From positions 42,421-106,420 of the forward strand of contig JAIVFI010000047.1 of NCBI GenBank assembly GCA_025558095.1: a DNA stretch of 64,000 nucleotides. The letters are read 5' to 3'. The translations under genes and the position numbers were made by a program. The DNA comes from Hyaloraphidium curvatum SAG 235-1. Its lineage: Eukaryota; Fungi; Monoblepharomycota. Numbering within the stretch: position 1 is the stretch's first letter; every line of letters begins with the position of its first letter. The notes beneath the pieces were generated by a model. That model worked only from the letters and a program-made list of their open reading frames with translations. It was not told the DNA's origin and ran no database searches. Of this stretch, positions 47,660 through 59,350 are shown in pieces.

Positions 47660-48761
47660 TCAGTCCCGCCGAACCTTGAATCGGGTGCCGACCTCCAGCT
47701 TCTCGAAAGACGCCGCAGTGTTGCCGACGGCGATGTCCCGCTCCCCTTTCGCGAAACCAGCGAACACGGAGGCCACGAACTCGTCCACGGGCATCTCGGC
47801 GAGCTTCCCCCGGTCTTCCGCCGACATTTTGTCGAATGCCAGGGTAGGTTGATGTTTGTGATCGTGCAGCTCGGATGCCACCAACGGCGGAAGGATCTCG
47901 ATAACGTGGAGGTTAGGGAAGGGGTCAGAGAGCTGTTCTCGAATTGCGAGGATCAGGTGATGAAGAGCAGCCTGGGACACTCAGTCAGCACATCTATGGC
48001 CCTCGCGGGACCGCGAGAATAGGCCTACCTTGGTGGCACAGTAATTCGCACACGCCGGCAATGGCACAAGGGCGAGACCGGACGTCACAACCGCGAGGTA
48101 CGAGTCGGTGCCCGCCTTTGCGAGCCCTTGGAGGTGCGGGAGGAAATGAACGATCATGTGGAGGAAAGAAGTATAGTTTGTGTCGACCTCGGCATCCAAC
48201 TCGTCCAGGCTGATCGAAGAAGGGTCCAGGAAGTTGGTTTGCCGCTGGAAGAAGCACGAGAACGCGGATAAGTAAGCGCCGCATCCATCTCCTCCGAAGC
48301 GAATCACGGTCACCTGCAAGCCAGCGTTCAGGATGACAGCGTTGAGGTCCGGGTTCTCCTCGACGACCTTCTTGCACCACGGTCCCAACTCCGCGAGCCT
48401 GGAACCATCGAGAGGGTAGGCACGCACGCGGTCCCCGTACTTCGAGGTCATTTCGTCCAGCCGCTCCTGCCTCCGGCCGGTGACAATGACCTTCGTCGTG
48501 GGCGCGACGAGGAAGGCCTCGGCGAGAGCGTAGCCCAATCCGGAGGTCGCCCCGTGAACTAGGACGGTGTTGAACTTGAACGGCTTGCCAAGAGGATATC
48601 TGGATCCAGTGGCACCCAGGAATAGCGCAGGTGTTGGCCATTCGAATGCGTCAGAACTTCTTGTCGCGCCGCGCTCGCCCAAGCGCTAACCGTTCGTAGT
48701 GGTGGGCCGCTTTCCGCGTCCCTGCCGAGGCAGGATCGCCACCGGCATTGCCCGAGGCCAT
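47660..48761 (-). CDS. Short-chain dehydrogenase/reductase (DltE-like)
   Basis: TVLVHGATSGLG, TGRR, ILNAGLQ, VTSGLALVP, YCATK, VIEILPPLVASELH. Confidence 0.88.
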
Positions 48762-48913
48762 GGCGGCGGTTGAGCGACCTCGACGGGGAAACTTTGTGAG
48801 GGACGTCGGAATCGGCTCCTCGCGTCGGTGTCGACGGACCAAAACACATATCTTTCTTCGCGCCGCCAGCAAGTACAGATACCGTCCAAGAACGCGTAGA
48901 CGACAGAGATCGA

Positions 48914-49500
48914 CTAGAGCTTCGGCTTGTGGTCCACGAGAGGCGTCAGGAACTTCATCGGGCCGTTCGTGGTGTACTGGCCGAGCTTGCTGCCGACTGG
49001 CAGAAGAAGGCGAAATAGGTGAGACATGAACGAGCGAAAACAGTGAGCGGGCGCACGTTTGGCAAAGTGGGGTGACTTGAGGTGGGCAACGAACGCGTCG
49101 CGGTCCTTGTAGTGCTCGACCTGGTTGCGAGTTGAGGTTAGAGACGAACCAGCGGCAGACAGCAAAGACCAACCATAAAGTACTTTTCGGGCTCCGTCCG
49201 GGAAGCCAGCTCCTTCGGGTTCTTCGCCTGCTGCGTCAAAGTGTAAGTGAGCATGCCTGGCTCCTTCTGTCCTCCGAGAATCGCGTCAGCGGACTTCGGC
49301 GCTCCAAAGTCATGTCGTTCCCACGAGCGACTCGGTCATGAGCTCCTTCATGAGGGCCTCGAAAGCTTCCCTGAGAAGATGAAAGGGAACGAAGAGGAGA
49401 GAGGGGGGAACAGTCGGTTCAACGGCACACTGCGGTCCCGTGTGGCCACCGACTTCTGCCCCGGCTTCACGCTCATCTCGGCAATGATCCAGAACGACAT
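48914..49500 (-). CDS. Antibiotic biosynthesis monooxygenase (ABM)-domain small protein
   Basis: Spliced MSFWIIAEMSVKPGQKEAFEALMKEL..PEKYFMVEHYKDRDAFVAHLKSPHF; ends KPKL. Confidence 0.75.
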
Positions 49501-50307
49501 TGTGACGCGCGCTTGGCGATGGGATAGTCTTTGGGTACGGGGAGCGCGTCCGACGTCCGTCCGAGCCGGCGCGCGGGAGACAGCGCGGCGTCGCGCAATC
49601 CCGGTGCCAGAACGAGACGGAAATGGTCAGGTCCGAGGCAGTCGTTCGAAATCGTTGGGCGTCCTCACGAGCTGCCGTGTAGTGCCGAACTCGCGGGATT
49701 GTCGGGACGGTTGATTTCGGCAGCCGATCGAACTTGCCACCGCACCCCGCGGACCAGAGGACCACAGTTGAGGACGCAGCATTCCTCATCACAAAGCAAG
49801 ACGAATCCTATACTACGACCGCGACGTGTTTGTCTTCCAGATTCAGCTGCCTCGCCTATCTTCGGATCACCATCTCTCGCACAGATTGAAAGCGTTTTCA
49901 CGGCGCAGATGTTCGACGCACCCTCAAAAGCAGCATCAGAGAATGTGGATCGGAGGCGACTATCATTGAAGCAGAAGAAGCCACCCGTCGTCCGATAGCT
50001 GGCTGTGCTAACTGACTTGGCCACCGAGGGCCTGGGATCCTTGGGAGTTCCCGCTGCCGCCATCACGCCATTCGATTAATGCAGGGTAAGCGGATGCAAA
50101 GTCCCGTCGCGTCAGATTCATCCGACGTTCCGATGGACATGTGAGTGCGGGACCCTTTGCGGGTGGGGTCGGAGGCGGGGGTTCCTGCCCAGCCTTGAGG
50201 ACCCTTAAGCGGGTCGGCCGACTTTCTTGACCGCCGCCCGCCTTCCTCGTCCAGCATCTGCGTCCACTTACCCTCGACTTCCCCTCCTCATCGACAAGGA
50301 CGCGCAG

Positions 50308-52193
50308 ATGGACGCCAAGAACGCGTCGCCGGTGGAGAGCGGCGTCGGGATCAACATCGGCGGCGTGACGGACGTGAGCCGGGGACGCTCGCGCGGTCGT
50401 TCCATTCGCTCACAGCAGCCCCCTGAATCCCCGTCGTTGGCCTCGCGCGATCTTCATCGGCACCGCTGCCGTCTTTTCCGCCGCGGCTTTGGCGGCATTC
50501 GCGCTCTTTTGCCCGGCCGACCAATCCGTTCATCCCCCCCGCTATCTCGGCCATTGCAGGCCAAAGTCGCCGGCTATGACAAGTTCATGGACCAGGTGAG
50601 CAAGCGATGGCCCCGATCTCGGCGACACGTGTCTCATTCGAGCTCTTTCAGCTGCTCCACTCGTTCCCGGGCGGGAACATGGCCTCTAGCTCGATGCGCT
50701 TCTCCTGGGTCCGCTGGTCGGGATCCGTCCGTGGGTTCCTGCATCATAGGGCCCCTCTTTGGTGGTCGCTTATCTTGTTTCGCAGTGCCCCGGGTCTGGC
50801 TCACTGTGGTGTTCTGGACGCTGTATGCCACGGTGATCGTCCTCATCGCCGAGCTGACTGGGTGGCGGAACACCATGAGCGCGCCCAACACCGGCATCAT
50901 CAACCTGATTGGTGGGTCTTGTGCTGCGGGCCTGCTCTGGTCCGGATCAGGCAGTAATCACAAGTCCAGGCTTCGCCGCCGCCCTGCTCCTCGGTTTCCG
51001 CACCAACAGCGCTTGTGCGTGATCCCCGTGCTCCCATTTCCGCCCACGCCTCACCTTCGCCCCGCAGACGAGCGCTGGTACGAAGGCCGGAAGCTCTTCG
51101 AGGTCGCCTGCGCCCGCGTGCGCGAGATCGTGCGCTATTGGACTATTTACTTCCCGGCCACCACGGACGAGGACAAGGGGCTGCAGCTCGATGCCTGCCG
51201 CGCCGCGGTCGCCTACGTATACGCACTCATGTGTACGTTCCTCGCTCCCTGCGGGCGGTTCCAAACCGTGCTGATCGCCGGTGCTTTCACACAGACCACC
51301 TCCGCGACGAGGACCCGCTCGACCACCCGGACTGCTCGGACCTCATCCCCCGCACCAAGAACGGCAACCTGGCCATCGAGTCCGACAACCCCAACACGCC
51401 GCGCTACTACTTCGAACAGGCGCACCGGGTCGTCCAGATGTCCGGGATCAACCGCACCGCCGGGACCGTAGAGATCAAGAAGAACCTCACGTCCTTCAGG
51501 CTGCCGGGCACGTGGCGCAACCCGCAGACCTACGCCGTGCCGTCGCAGTTGATGGGGCTCATGTACAAGTACACCAAGGAGAAGGCCGGGATCGCGCAGA
51601 CGGGCCTCTTCACCGACCTCGGCTACACTCAAATGTCTTTGGAGCGCATCCTGTCGACTCCCATGGTGGGCTGCTGTGTCGCCACGACACGGTATCGCTC
51701 GCTGACACCGCCCCATCCAGCCCCCCGTTTACTCCATTCACCTCAAGATGGTCCTCACGATCTACTTCGCCAGCATCCCCTTCCAGTTCCTGCAGTGGTC
51801 GTACTTCGGCATCCTCCTCATGGCCGTCACCGCCTTTGTCATGTGGGGCTTCGAGTCCATGGGCCTCGAGCTCGAGAACCCCTTCGGGTGCGCACCTCCG
51901 CCTCCTTGCCGCAGCCTGCGAAAGCTGATCTCCCCCACCCCGACAGCTACGACGCCAACGACCTCCCCCTGACCGAGATCTGCGCCATGCTCCGCCGCGA
52001 GATCGACTTCCTCTTCGAGAACCCGGTGTCGGACCTCGCGGACTGGGAGGCCAAGGCGACGCGCACGACGGACGAGCAGCTCGAGGCCGAGATGGCGGCA
52101 GAGAACGGGCTCACGGCCGAGGACATGGCGAGGCTGGACAAGAGGATGGCGGGGATCGACGCCGAGGACGAGAAGAGGATGAAAGCGCAGTGA
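50308..52193 (+). CDS. Bestrophin-family (microbial YneE/UPF0187-type) anion channel
   Basis: LLLGFRTNSAY.RWYEGRKL, LERILSTP, ELENPFG.DANDLPL. Confidence 0.9.
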
Positions 52194-53160
52194 GCGTTGG
52201 GGACGGCAGGAGACCGACACGAACTTGGACTGCGCGGGGAACGCGCGCCGACGGATCGCATATAGAGAAGGGTGGACAAGCGGATTGTGCACTACCAGGG
52301 AGTACCAAGCATGTAAGCATGTAATGTAGGAAACCAACAGTGATCTCATCTGGGCACGGGCTTGGAGGACGTTGGAATGCCTCGATTTATGGCGCGTAAG
52401 CCCAAGGCCAGATCTGGTTTGGAGGAAGATTGCGTTCGGGGCGTCCCGAACCCTCCGCCACCCGCTGCGCCACGTCCAGAAGATCCGATGTTCCGGAGAC
52501 GTTCCGCGCAGCCCCGCCCCAGCAAGGACGGAAATCTTGACGAAACCACATGCAGGGTGTAAGGGAGGGAGGAATCCGGGCCAGGTCGGTCGGCATTGGT
52601 CGGGGGGCAGGGCTTCGCTTTTCGTGTACATTGGTCCTCCAAATCACCGGCCTGAATTCTCCCGCACCCGAGGGGAATGCCAGTACCGCACCCCTCGCCA
52701 CCATCTCTCACCATCGGCGATGGATATCTCCGATCTGCTGTGGAGGATCGTCGGCGGGCTCACGACGAGGTGAACCAGAAGGCTGGGCCGCCGGCGAGCA
52801 GGCGACGGCCGCCGCGCGGAAGCGCCGCCGCATCATTCTCAACCGAAGCGAACATCCGAAGCCAACATCGCACACGGAGGAGAATACTTCGTTCCTGTCG
52901 GACTGGCGTCAAGTCGTCTTACTTTATGGCTGCCCGGGGCTCGAGGCTCCCGATCGATACAAACGGACAGATACTCAGAACAAATGTACTGGAGAAGTTC
53001 GATGGATGATGTTATTCAGTTCGCTAGGCCGCCGACGGCATTGCGCAGCAGCTCGGACGCCAACGGCGGCCCAACGTCGAAAGATCGACCCAAATCCGCA
53101 GCCCCGCAAAGTCCCAAAGCAGGTCTCAAGTGTCCGCCCTGCGTCCGCCGCCAGGATCCC

Positions 53161-53832
53161 TCACACGACCGCCCAGACTATCCTCTCCTCCCCGACGACA
53201 AGCACCACCGCCTCCCCCTCCGGATCGTACAGCTCCACCGCCTCGAAGAACCTGCCCGCGACCTGCGGCAGCCTCTCGCGCGGGACGAACTCGGCGTGCT
53301 CGACGGCGGGCGCGGGCAGCGACGAGAAAGGCACGCGGAGGGCACCGCGGCCGTGCACGGCGTAAGAGGAGCGCGCGAGGGCTCGGAGGGGGGGAGGGAG
53401 GGAGAGGAGGAGCTGGGAGAATGGGTCGGCGGCGTCGTAGGAGCTGTTTGTGGCGGAATACGAGTAAGACGACAACTGCGGAGTTTCGGGCGAGGAGGCG
53501 ACCCACCCCTGCCCGCCGGACGAAAGCAGCGCAGTCACGACTGCCTCCAGCCGCTCCCTGGGCGCCACCAGCCTGATTCGCTCCTCCCTTTCCCGGGCCA
53601 TCTCGGTCGCCCGCCGCGTCGGCATCCGCCAGCTGGCTTCGGAAGCGCCCTCTGCCGCCCCGGCGATGTCCCGCCGCATCTCCCACGCGAGCCCCTCGAC
53701 CTTGCAGCGCTCCGAGCAGTACCCGTCGGCGAGCGAGCCGCGGCGGCGGTTCGGCGACGACTGCGCGGGGAACAGCGAGCGCAGGCACGCCGGGTTGGCG
53801 CACGCGCGCGGCGGCGGGATGAGCGACGCCAT
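53161..53832 (-). CDS. Hypothetical protein with MYND-like Zn-finger half (CxxxxC..YCSxxC)
   Basis: MASLIPPPRACANPAC..YCSERC..AVELYDPEGEAVVLVV. An extra upstream exon near 54150-54182 is possible. Confidence 0.55.
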   Translation of the reverse strand: MASLIPPPRACANPACLRSLFPAQSSPNRRRGSLADGYCSERCKVEGLAWEMRRDIAGAAEGASEASWRMPTRRATEMAREREERIRLVAPRERLEAVVTALLSSGGQGWVASSPETPQLSSYSYSATNSSYDAADPFSQLLLSLPPPLRALARSSYAVHGRGALRVPFSSLPAPAVEHAEFVPRERLPQVAGRFFEAVELYDPEGEAVVLVVGEERIVWAVV

Positions 53833-54325
53833 GCCGGGCGGAATCGGGCGTTCGAAGCGGGGCGGGCGGGAAACGGGGGCCGCTCGGTGCGGGGCCTCGG
53901 GGGAGGGTCGGGAGTCGGGAGCAAGGTCGGAAGGCGGACCGTGCGGAACGAGGGCAAGCCGGGACGCGTGCGTCACCGGTCGCGGCGCCCGCCTCGGACG
54001 GCACTCCACGGCAGGACAGCGCGCCCGCGGTCGGACCGGGGCATGCACTGCCGCCCCGTTTCCCATCCGCGCAACTCCGGGGCCCGCGGGCGGGTTGACC
54101 GGTCGCGGGCGGCGGGGGTGTGGCACGCCGGCCACCACGGTGACGAGGAGATACTCGGGCTTCGCCCGCCTAGTGTTGTGCATCACCCTCCGGCTCGCCG
54201 GCCCGGCCACTACTCGCTCGCTCGCTACCCGCGCACGCATCCGTCGACGTCCGCCGCGCGATCGGCCCGTCCCCGCGGATAAACGGGCGCGCCCGCCCGT
54301 GCTTCCGCACGCACCTCGAACGGCG

Positions 54326-55990
54326 CTAGGAAGCGTGCTTCGCATGGCACCGCCCGAGCACCCCCACGTCCCCCGCGAACGCGCGCCACACGGCGTCCAG
54401 CGGCCTCGACACCCTCCACCTCCTCCCGCCCTCCTCCACCGCATCTGGCACCGCGTCCCCGGCCGTGCCCCCCGCCGGCGGCGCGATCCCGTCCCACGGC
54501 TTCCCGGCGTTGTCGAAGTGCGCCGCCGCGGCGTCCAGCACCGCCGCGGCCATCGCCGCCGGCCGCGGGCGCGAGCCAAAGGCCGGGGTGCCCCAGCGCG
54601 GGTGAATGGCGACGCACAGGCCCGTCGCGGCGACGTTGGTGGCGTAGGCGGTGGCGGAGAGGAAGGGCGGCCAGACGCCCGCGGGGAGGGCGGACTGCAG
54701 GAGGAGCAGGGCGGAGAGGCGCGCGGGGTAGCGGTGCCGGCGGGCGGAGCAGCCGTGGAAGAAGGAGATGCCGCCGCCGTTGACGGCGTCCTCCCACCAG
54801 ACGTCGGAGCCGTTGGTGCCGCCCGAGCCGGACATGGCGGTGGCGATCGTGAGGGCGGATTCGATGCGGCTGCGCATGGCGGGGCCGACGGCGGAGGAGG
54901 CGGGGAGGGCGGTGGTGGACTCGGCGACGGGGAAGGGGTGGCGGGCGAGCGTGGGCACGGGGGCAAAGTGCGCGGGGTCGGCGCCGTTGGGGAGGAGGTG
55001 CGTGGCGGCGCCGGGGAAGGGCGCGTCCCGCGCGGGGTCGCGGAAGAGGACGACGTCCGTGTCGACGAGGAGGAAGACGTCGCAGCCGAGCTCGGGGAAC
55101 AGGTGCAGGGCAAAGATGCGCGCGAAGCCCGAGGCCGAGCGGACGATGCGCGCCTTGAAGGACGCCTCCCGGTCGGCCAGGAAGTGCGGGGCGATATCGG
55201 CGACGCGGCGAATGGTGAGCGCGCCGTCGGCGGTGCGGATGGAGGCGAGGTCGGCCACGAGGGGGTCCGCGGGCAGCTGCGCAATGTCGGGGCCGACGAA
55301 CGGGAAGACGGAGCGGGCGGCGGCGTCCGCGCGGCCGGCGTCGACCACGCCCGCGCAGACGAGGAACGCGAGCAGCTCCTCGGGGTCGCCGTCGTAGCCG
55401 AGGAAGAAGCGCGGCGGGCCGTTGGAGGCGGCGTTGCGCGCGGCGCTGCGCATCAGCGCGGGCAGCCCGAGGCGGTGCGGGCCCCGGTCGGCGAAGGCGA
55501 CCACGTTCAGCGGGCGCGCGTACGGCCGCTCGCCGGCCCTCACGGACGGCGCCGCGGCGCACGGGTCCCCCGCGTCCCCCGGCGGGGACGCCACGGGGTC
55601 GTCGGCGGGCGCGGGCGAGCAGCCCGGCATCAGCGGGTTGGTGGCGGCGGCGGCGAGGGCTGCGCGCTGCTTCAGCCGCTGGCGCTCGGCGCTCGCGGAC
55701 GGCGGGCGGGCGCGCGCGGCGGCGGCGGCGAGGGCGCTGAGCTCCGCGGCGTCGAACGGCTGCGGCGGCGGCGCGGCGGCGAACTGCGCGCGCGCGGCAC
55801 CCACGAGCTCGGGCGGCGCGGGCGCCACCGGCGGCGACGCGAAGCCGTCGTCGGCGCGGCCGTCGAGCAGCACGTCCGCCGCCAGCGCGACGAGCGCGTC
55901 GCCGCGCGGGGGGTGCCGCGGCAGCGCCCCGAGCGCCGCGCACAGCAGGAAGCCGGCACACGCCGCGAGCGCGGTCCGGGCGCGCGACAT
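54326..55990 (-). CDS. Intronless type II membrane glycosyltransferase, GT8-like (GT-A fold)
   Basis: N-terminal anchor; FARIFALHLFP..FLLVDTDVV (DxD); VNGG; AAHFDNAGKPW. Confidence 0.75.
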   Translation of the reverse strand: MSRARTALAACAGFLLCAALGALPRHPPRGDALVALAADVLLDGRADDGFASPPVAPAPPELVGAARAQFAAAPPPQPFDAAELSALAAAAARARPPSASAERQRLKQRAALAAAATNPLMPGCSPAPADDPVASPPGDAGDPCAAAPSVRAGERPYARPLNVVAFADRGPHRLGLPALMRSAARNAASNGPPRFFLGYDGDPEELLAFLVCAGVVDAGRADAAARSVFPFVGPDIAQLPADPLVADLASIRTADGALTIRRVADIAPHFLADREASFKARIVRSASGFARIFALHLFPELGCDVFLLVDTDVVLFRDPARDAPFPGAATHLLPNGADPAHFAPVPTLARHPFPVAESTTALPASSAVGPAMRSRIESALTIATAMSGSGGTNGSDVWWEDAVNGGGISFFHGCSARRHRYPARLSALLLLQSALPAGVWPPFLSATAYATNVAATGLCVAIHPRWGTPAFGSRPRPAAMAAAVLDAAAAHFDNAGKPWDGIAPPAGGTAGDAVPDAVEEGGRRWRVSRPLDAVWRAFAGDVGVLGRCHAKHAS

Positions 55991-56043
55991 CCCCAGCCAC
56001 GCTCGCGGGGGGAGCGGGAGGGGGAGGGGGAGTCTGTCCCCAC

Positions 56044-56051
56044 TGACGTCA
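56044..56051. promoter_or_regulatory. CRE/ATF palindrome TGACGTCA in the GT8/O-FucT bidirectional promoter
   Basis: Read directly, near the middle of the 136-nt intergenic gap. Confidence 0.35.
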
Positions 56052-56126
56052 TCGGGCTGGTGTGGGTCCTGGGCCCCCACCGCAGCCCCACGCGCCGCAG
56101 CCCCCGCCGAGCGGTTCCGTGGGGCC

Positions 56127-57593
56127 ATGCGGGCGCTGGTCCGCGGGGCCGTCGCGGGCGCCGCGCTCTGCGCCGCCGCGGTGTGCGCCGCCGTGGCCGG
56201 CGAGGCCCGCGGGTGGGCGCCGCGCCCGCCGCCAGCGCTCGCGCCGCTGCTGCGCGGCCCCGTCGATGCCGCGGCGCTCGGGCGCGGGGCGCCGCGCGCG
56301 CAGCTGATCGCGGCGTTCGCGTTCGAGGGCCCCGCGCGTGCGCGCCCCCTCCGCGCACGCCCCGCGTTCCGGCACTGCCTCGTCGTCGCCGACGTCGCGC
56401 ACGGCAACCGCTCCGGCCCGTCCAACCAGCTGCTGGCCGTCGTGCGGCTGGCCGTGCTCGCGCGCGACCTGCTCGGCTGTCGGCTGGCCGAGCCCGCGCT
56501 GGGCAGGCCGACGCGGTGGGGCGCCCCCGCGGTGCCGGCGTCGGCGCTGCTCGAGACGGACGGTGGCGCGTGGGCGCTGGCGGACGGCACGCCGCTCTTT
56601 GTCGGGCGCGACGAGGGGCTGCGGCTGGGCCTGCACCCCGCGTGGCTGCCGCCGCCGCCGGCAACCGCAGATGGCCCGCCGCCGGGGCGCCCGGCCGCCG
56701 CAGAGGACCCGCCGCCGGGCATCGCCTGCGCCATCACGCCCACCATCGCCCTGCTCACGCCGCCGGCCGACTACCCGCCGGCCATCCGCTGCTCCTCGGC
56801 GACCGCCGCGTGGGACCGCCCGGGCTGGGACGCGGACCTGCTCGCCGACGCCCGGCGGACGCACGCCCCCGGCGGCCTCGCCGTCGTCGGCGTCCCCGTG
56901 CCCATGTTCTTCCACACCGCCTTTGCCCCCGACGACCCCGCCGCGGCCCGGCCCGTCTGGCACCTCAACGCCGCCCCGGAGCACCCGCGCTCGGTCCTCG
57001 CCCCGCGGCCGTTCCTGCGCGACCTCGCCCGCGCCTGGCTGGCCAACCTCACCGGGCTCGCCGTCCCTCCTTCCCGCGGCGGCGGCCCCTGCCCCGACCT
57101 GCCGTACGCCGCCGTGCACTCGCGCGCCGCCCCGTCCTACGCGCAGCTGTGCGCCGAGATCCCCGAGGTCCCCTGCGGCACCACCACCGCCGCCTCCGCC
57201 CTCGCCGCCTCGCAGCTCGCCTGCCGCCACCCGCTCGTCCTCATCGGCAGCGACACCCCCTCCGGCCTCGCCCGCGCCGCCCTCGCCGCCGCATCCGCCC
57301 TCTGCCCTTCCCCGGCGCGCATCGTCGACCTCCCATCGCAGCACCACCCGTCCATCCTCCCCTTCCTGCGCGGCCTCGTCCCCGCGCCTCCGCTGCTCGC
57401 CGCGGGCCCGCGCGACGCCGAAGCGCTCGCGCTCTACTCGGCGACGCAGCTGCTCATGGCGTGCGCGGACGAGTTCGCGGGCACGGCGAGGAGCACCTTC
57501 TCGGAGCGGGTCAGGGGACTCAGGGGGTGGCTGGGGAAGGGAGGCGTGGCGGAGCTGCCGCCGCTGAGGTTCGGGGGGCCGGACGGCGGGTGA
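56127..57593 (+). CDS. Intronless O-fucosyltransferase-like glycosyltransferase (GT-B fold)
   Basis: Signal/anchor; GPSNQLL..AVLA; YAAVHSR; LIGSD; QLLMACADEFAGTARSTFSERV. Confidence 0.75.
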   Translation: MRALVRGAVAGAALCAAAVCAAVAGEARGWAPRPPPALAPLLRGPVDAAALGRGAPRAQLIAAFAFEGPARARPLRARPAFRHCLVVADVAHGNRSGPSNQLLAVVRLAVLARDLLGCRLAEPALGRPTRWGAPAVPASALLETDGGAWALADGTPLFVGRDEGLRLGLHPAWLPPPPATADGPPPGRPAAAEDPPPGIACAITPTIALLTPPADYPPAIRCSSATAAWDRPGWDADLLADARRTHAPGGLAVVGVPVPMFFHTAFAPDDPAAARPVWHLNAAPEHPRSVLAPRPFLRDLARAWLANLTGLAVPPSRGGGPCPDLPYAAVHSRAAPSYAQLCAEIPEVPCGTTTAASALAASQLACRHPLVLIGSDTPSGLARAALAAASALCPSPARIVDLPSQHHPSILPFLRGLVPAPPLLAAGPRDAEALALYSATQLLMACADEFAGTARSTFSERVRGLRGWLGKGGVAELPPLRFGGPDGG

Positions 57594-57949
57594 CGTGCGC
57601 TCCCCGTCCGCGGGGACCCGATCGTGCGGCGCAGGGCCCGCCGCTTTTCCCCGCCGCCGCCCCGCGTGCCGGCTGTGCCGCGGAGCGGACCTGCGAACGC
57701 CGGCGGGCAGCCCCGCGCCGGCGGGCAGCCCTGCGCCGGCGGGCACGCGGCCGCCGAGCGCGCGGCGCGGGGGTCGGACCCGGGGCGGAACTCCGCAACG
57801 GTAGCCTGGGACGGGCGGCGGATGGAAGGGACGAAGGCGAATTCCGCCCCGAAACTCCGTCGCCCTTTTCACTCGTCGAGAGAGACCGCCTCAAAATACA
57901 ACCCCGGACTCCCTTCCGCGCCAACTCCGCCCGTCCGCCCGCCCCGCCT

Positions 57950-59350
57950 TCACGCCAACACCTCCGCCACCACCAACCCTCCCCTCTCCGCCCTCAACCT
58001 CCGCACCATCCCCGCCATGGCCTCGTACACCACCATCACCCTGATCACCTCCAGCCCCGGCAAGCTCAGCAGCGCGTCGCCGACGGCCTCCCAGCTCGTC
58101 GTTCCCAGCTCTTTGCCGACCCTCCGCAGCTCGACCTCGCGCAGCCGCGAGAGGCCCGCGGGCGGGGGGCGGGGGAACCACCTGAAGAAGCCGGGCTTGG
58201 CGGCGAGCTTTTCCAGGCGGGTCTGTGGGAGCAAGAAGGCGAGCGGGACGGAGGCGTGGGTGCCCGCGGCTTCGAGGAACGCGAGGCGCAGGAGGGAGGT
58301 GGGCGCGGAGGAGCGCAGCCGCGAGACGGCGCCCGGATCGCGGGGGAACCAGCACGAATCCAGCGCGAGGTCCTCCAGCGCGGGGTTGTGCGCGAGGAGG
58401 GTGCAGAATGCGTCGTGGGCCGAGAGGAGGTCCACGGATTTAAGGTGCAGCACGCGGAGGGAGGAGGAGGGGAAGGAGGGGAGCCACATGAAGTTGCGGA
58501 GGGAGGTGGTGGCGCGGTCGATCTCGAGGCGGACGAGGCGGGTGGTGGCGGGTGCCAGAGCGGCGGGGGCGTCGTCCGATTGGGCGGCGTGGAGATTGGC
58601 AAGGCGCAGCCCCTCGAGCGCGCCGGGGTCGCGGAGCGAGAAGAGCGTTTCCAGGTCGTCCAGGCACAGGGGGCGCTCCCTGTTGTCCTGCAGCTGCAGG
58701 GTGCGCAGGCCAGGAGGGATGGCCGGGAGGAGCAGCGCGGCGCCGTCGTCCGTTTTGGGCGCGGCCACCGAGAGGGACGCCAGGTGCGGCCAGTTCCGCA
58801 GCATCCCGGCCGCCGCGGCGTCCGGCACGTGGTCGTTGAACAGATGCGGCACGTTGGAGGCCCGCAGTCCGTCCAAGATAATCGTCCATGCCCCGGGACT
58901 TGCTCGAAACGTCCGCGCGAAAGAGACCGTCCTCAACCCTCTGCACCTCTTCAGCGCCTCGGCCGCCCTCCCGACGTTGTCCTCCGACACTCCGATCACC
59001 GCGTGCCGCACGAACGACGCGTAGAGCTCCCCTCTTGGCCCTTCCAGCGCCGGCAGCACCGGGTCCCTCAGGTTCAGGTGCGCCCACAGCAGCTCCGCGC
59101 ATGCCGCGTGCCACGAAGCGTCCAGCGCGATCAGATTGAAGAGGGATTTGCGGTCGGAGGGGCGGCAGCGGCACAGGAGGATGTCGGACCACGCGGTGCA
59201 GCGGCACGCGCGGGACGCGCGGCGGACGACGCGGCGGACGAGCTCGAGGAGCAGCCGGGGGCGCGGGCGCGGAGAGGAGGGGGGCGGCGGCGCGTCCGCC
59301 TCGTCCGCATCGCTTTCCGCGGCGCCATCGAGGTCCGGTTCGGAGGACAT
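57950..59350 (-). CDS. F-box-like / leucine-rich-repeat (RNI-like) protein, intronless
   Basis: LLLELVRRV..LDASWHAACAELLWAHLNL, followed by repeated LRTLQL/LEGLRL/LRVLHL/LEDLAL/LREVEL units. Confidence 0.7.
   Translation of the reverse strand: MSSEPDLDGAAESDADEADAPPPPSSPRPRPRLLLELVRRVVRRASRACRCTAWSDILLCRCRPSDRKSLFNLIALDASWHAACAELLWAHLNLRDPVLPALEGPRGELYASFVRHAVIGVSEDNVGRAAEALKRCRGLRTVSFARTFRASPGAWTIILDGLRASNVPHLFNDHVPDAAAAGMLRNWPHLASLSVAAPKTDDGAALLLPAIPPGLRTLQLQDNRERPLCLDDLETLFSLRDPGALEGLRLANLHAAQSDDAPAALAPATTRLVRLEIDRATTSLRNFMWLPSFPSSSLRVLHLKSVDLLSAHDAFCTLLAHNPALEDLALDSCWFPRDPGAVSRLRSSAPTSLLRLAFLEAAGTHASVPLAFLLPQTRLEKLAAKPGFFRWFPRPPPAGLSRLREVELRRVGKELGTTSWEAVGDALLSLPGLEVIRVMVVYEAMAGMVRRLRAERGGLVVAEVLA

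Noticed and set aside
52300-53150. Possible small gene starting MDISDLLWRIVGG near 52720
   Set aside because: No consistent exon chain or recognisable domain.
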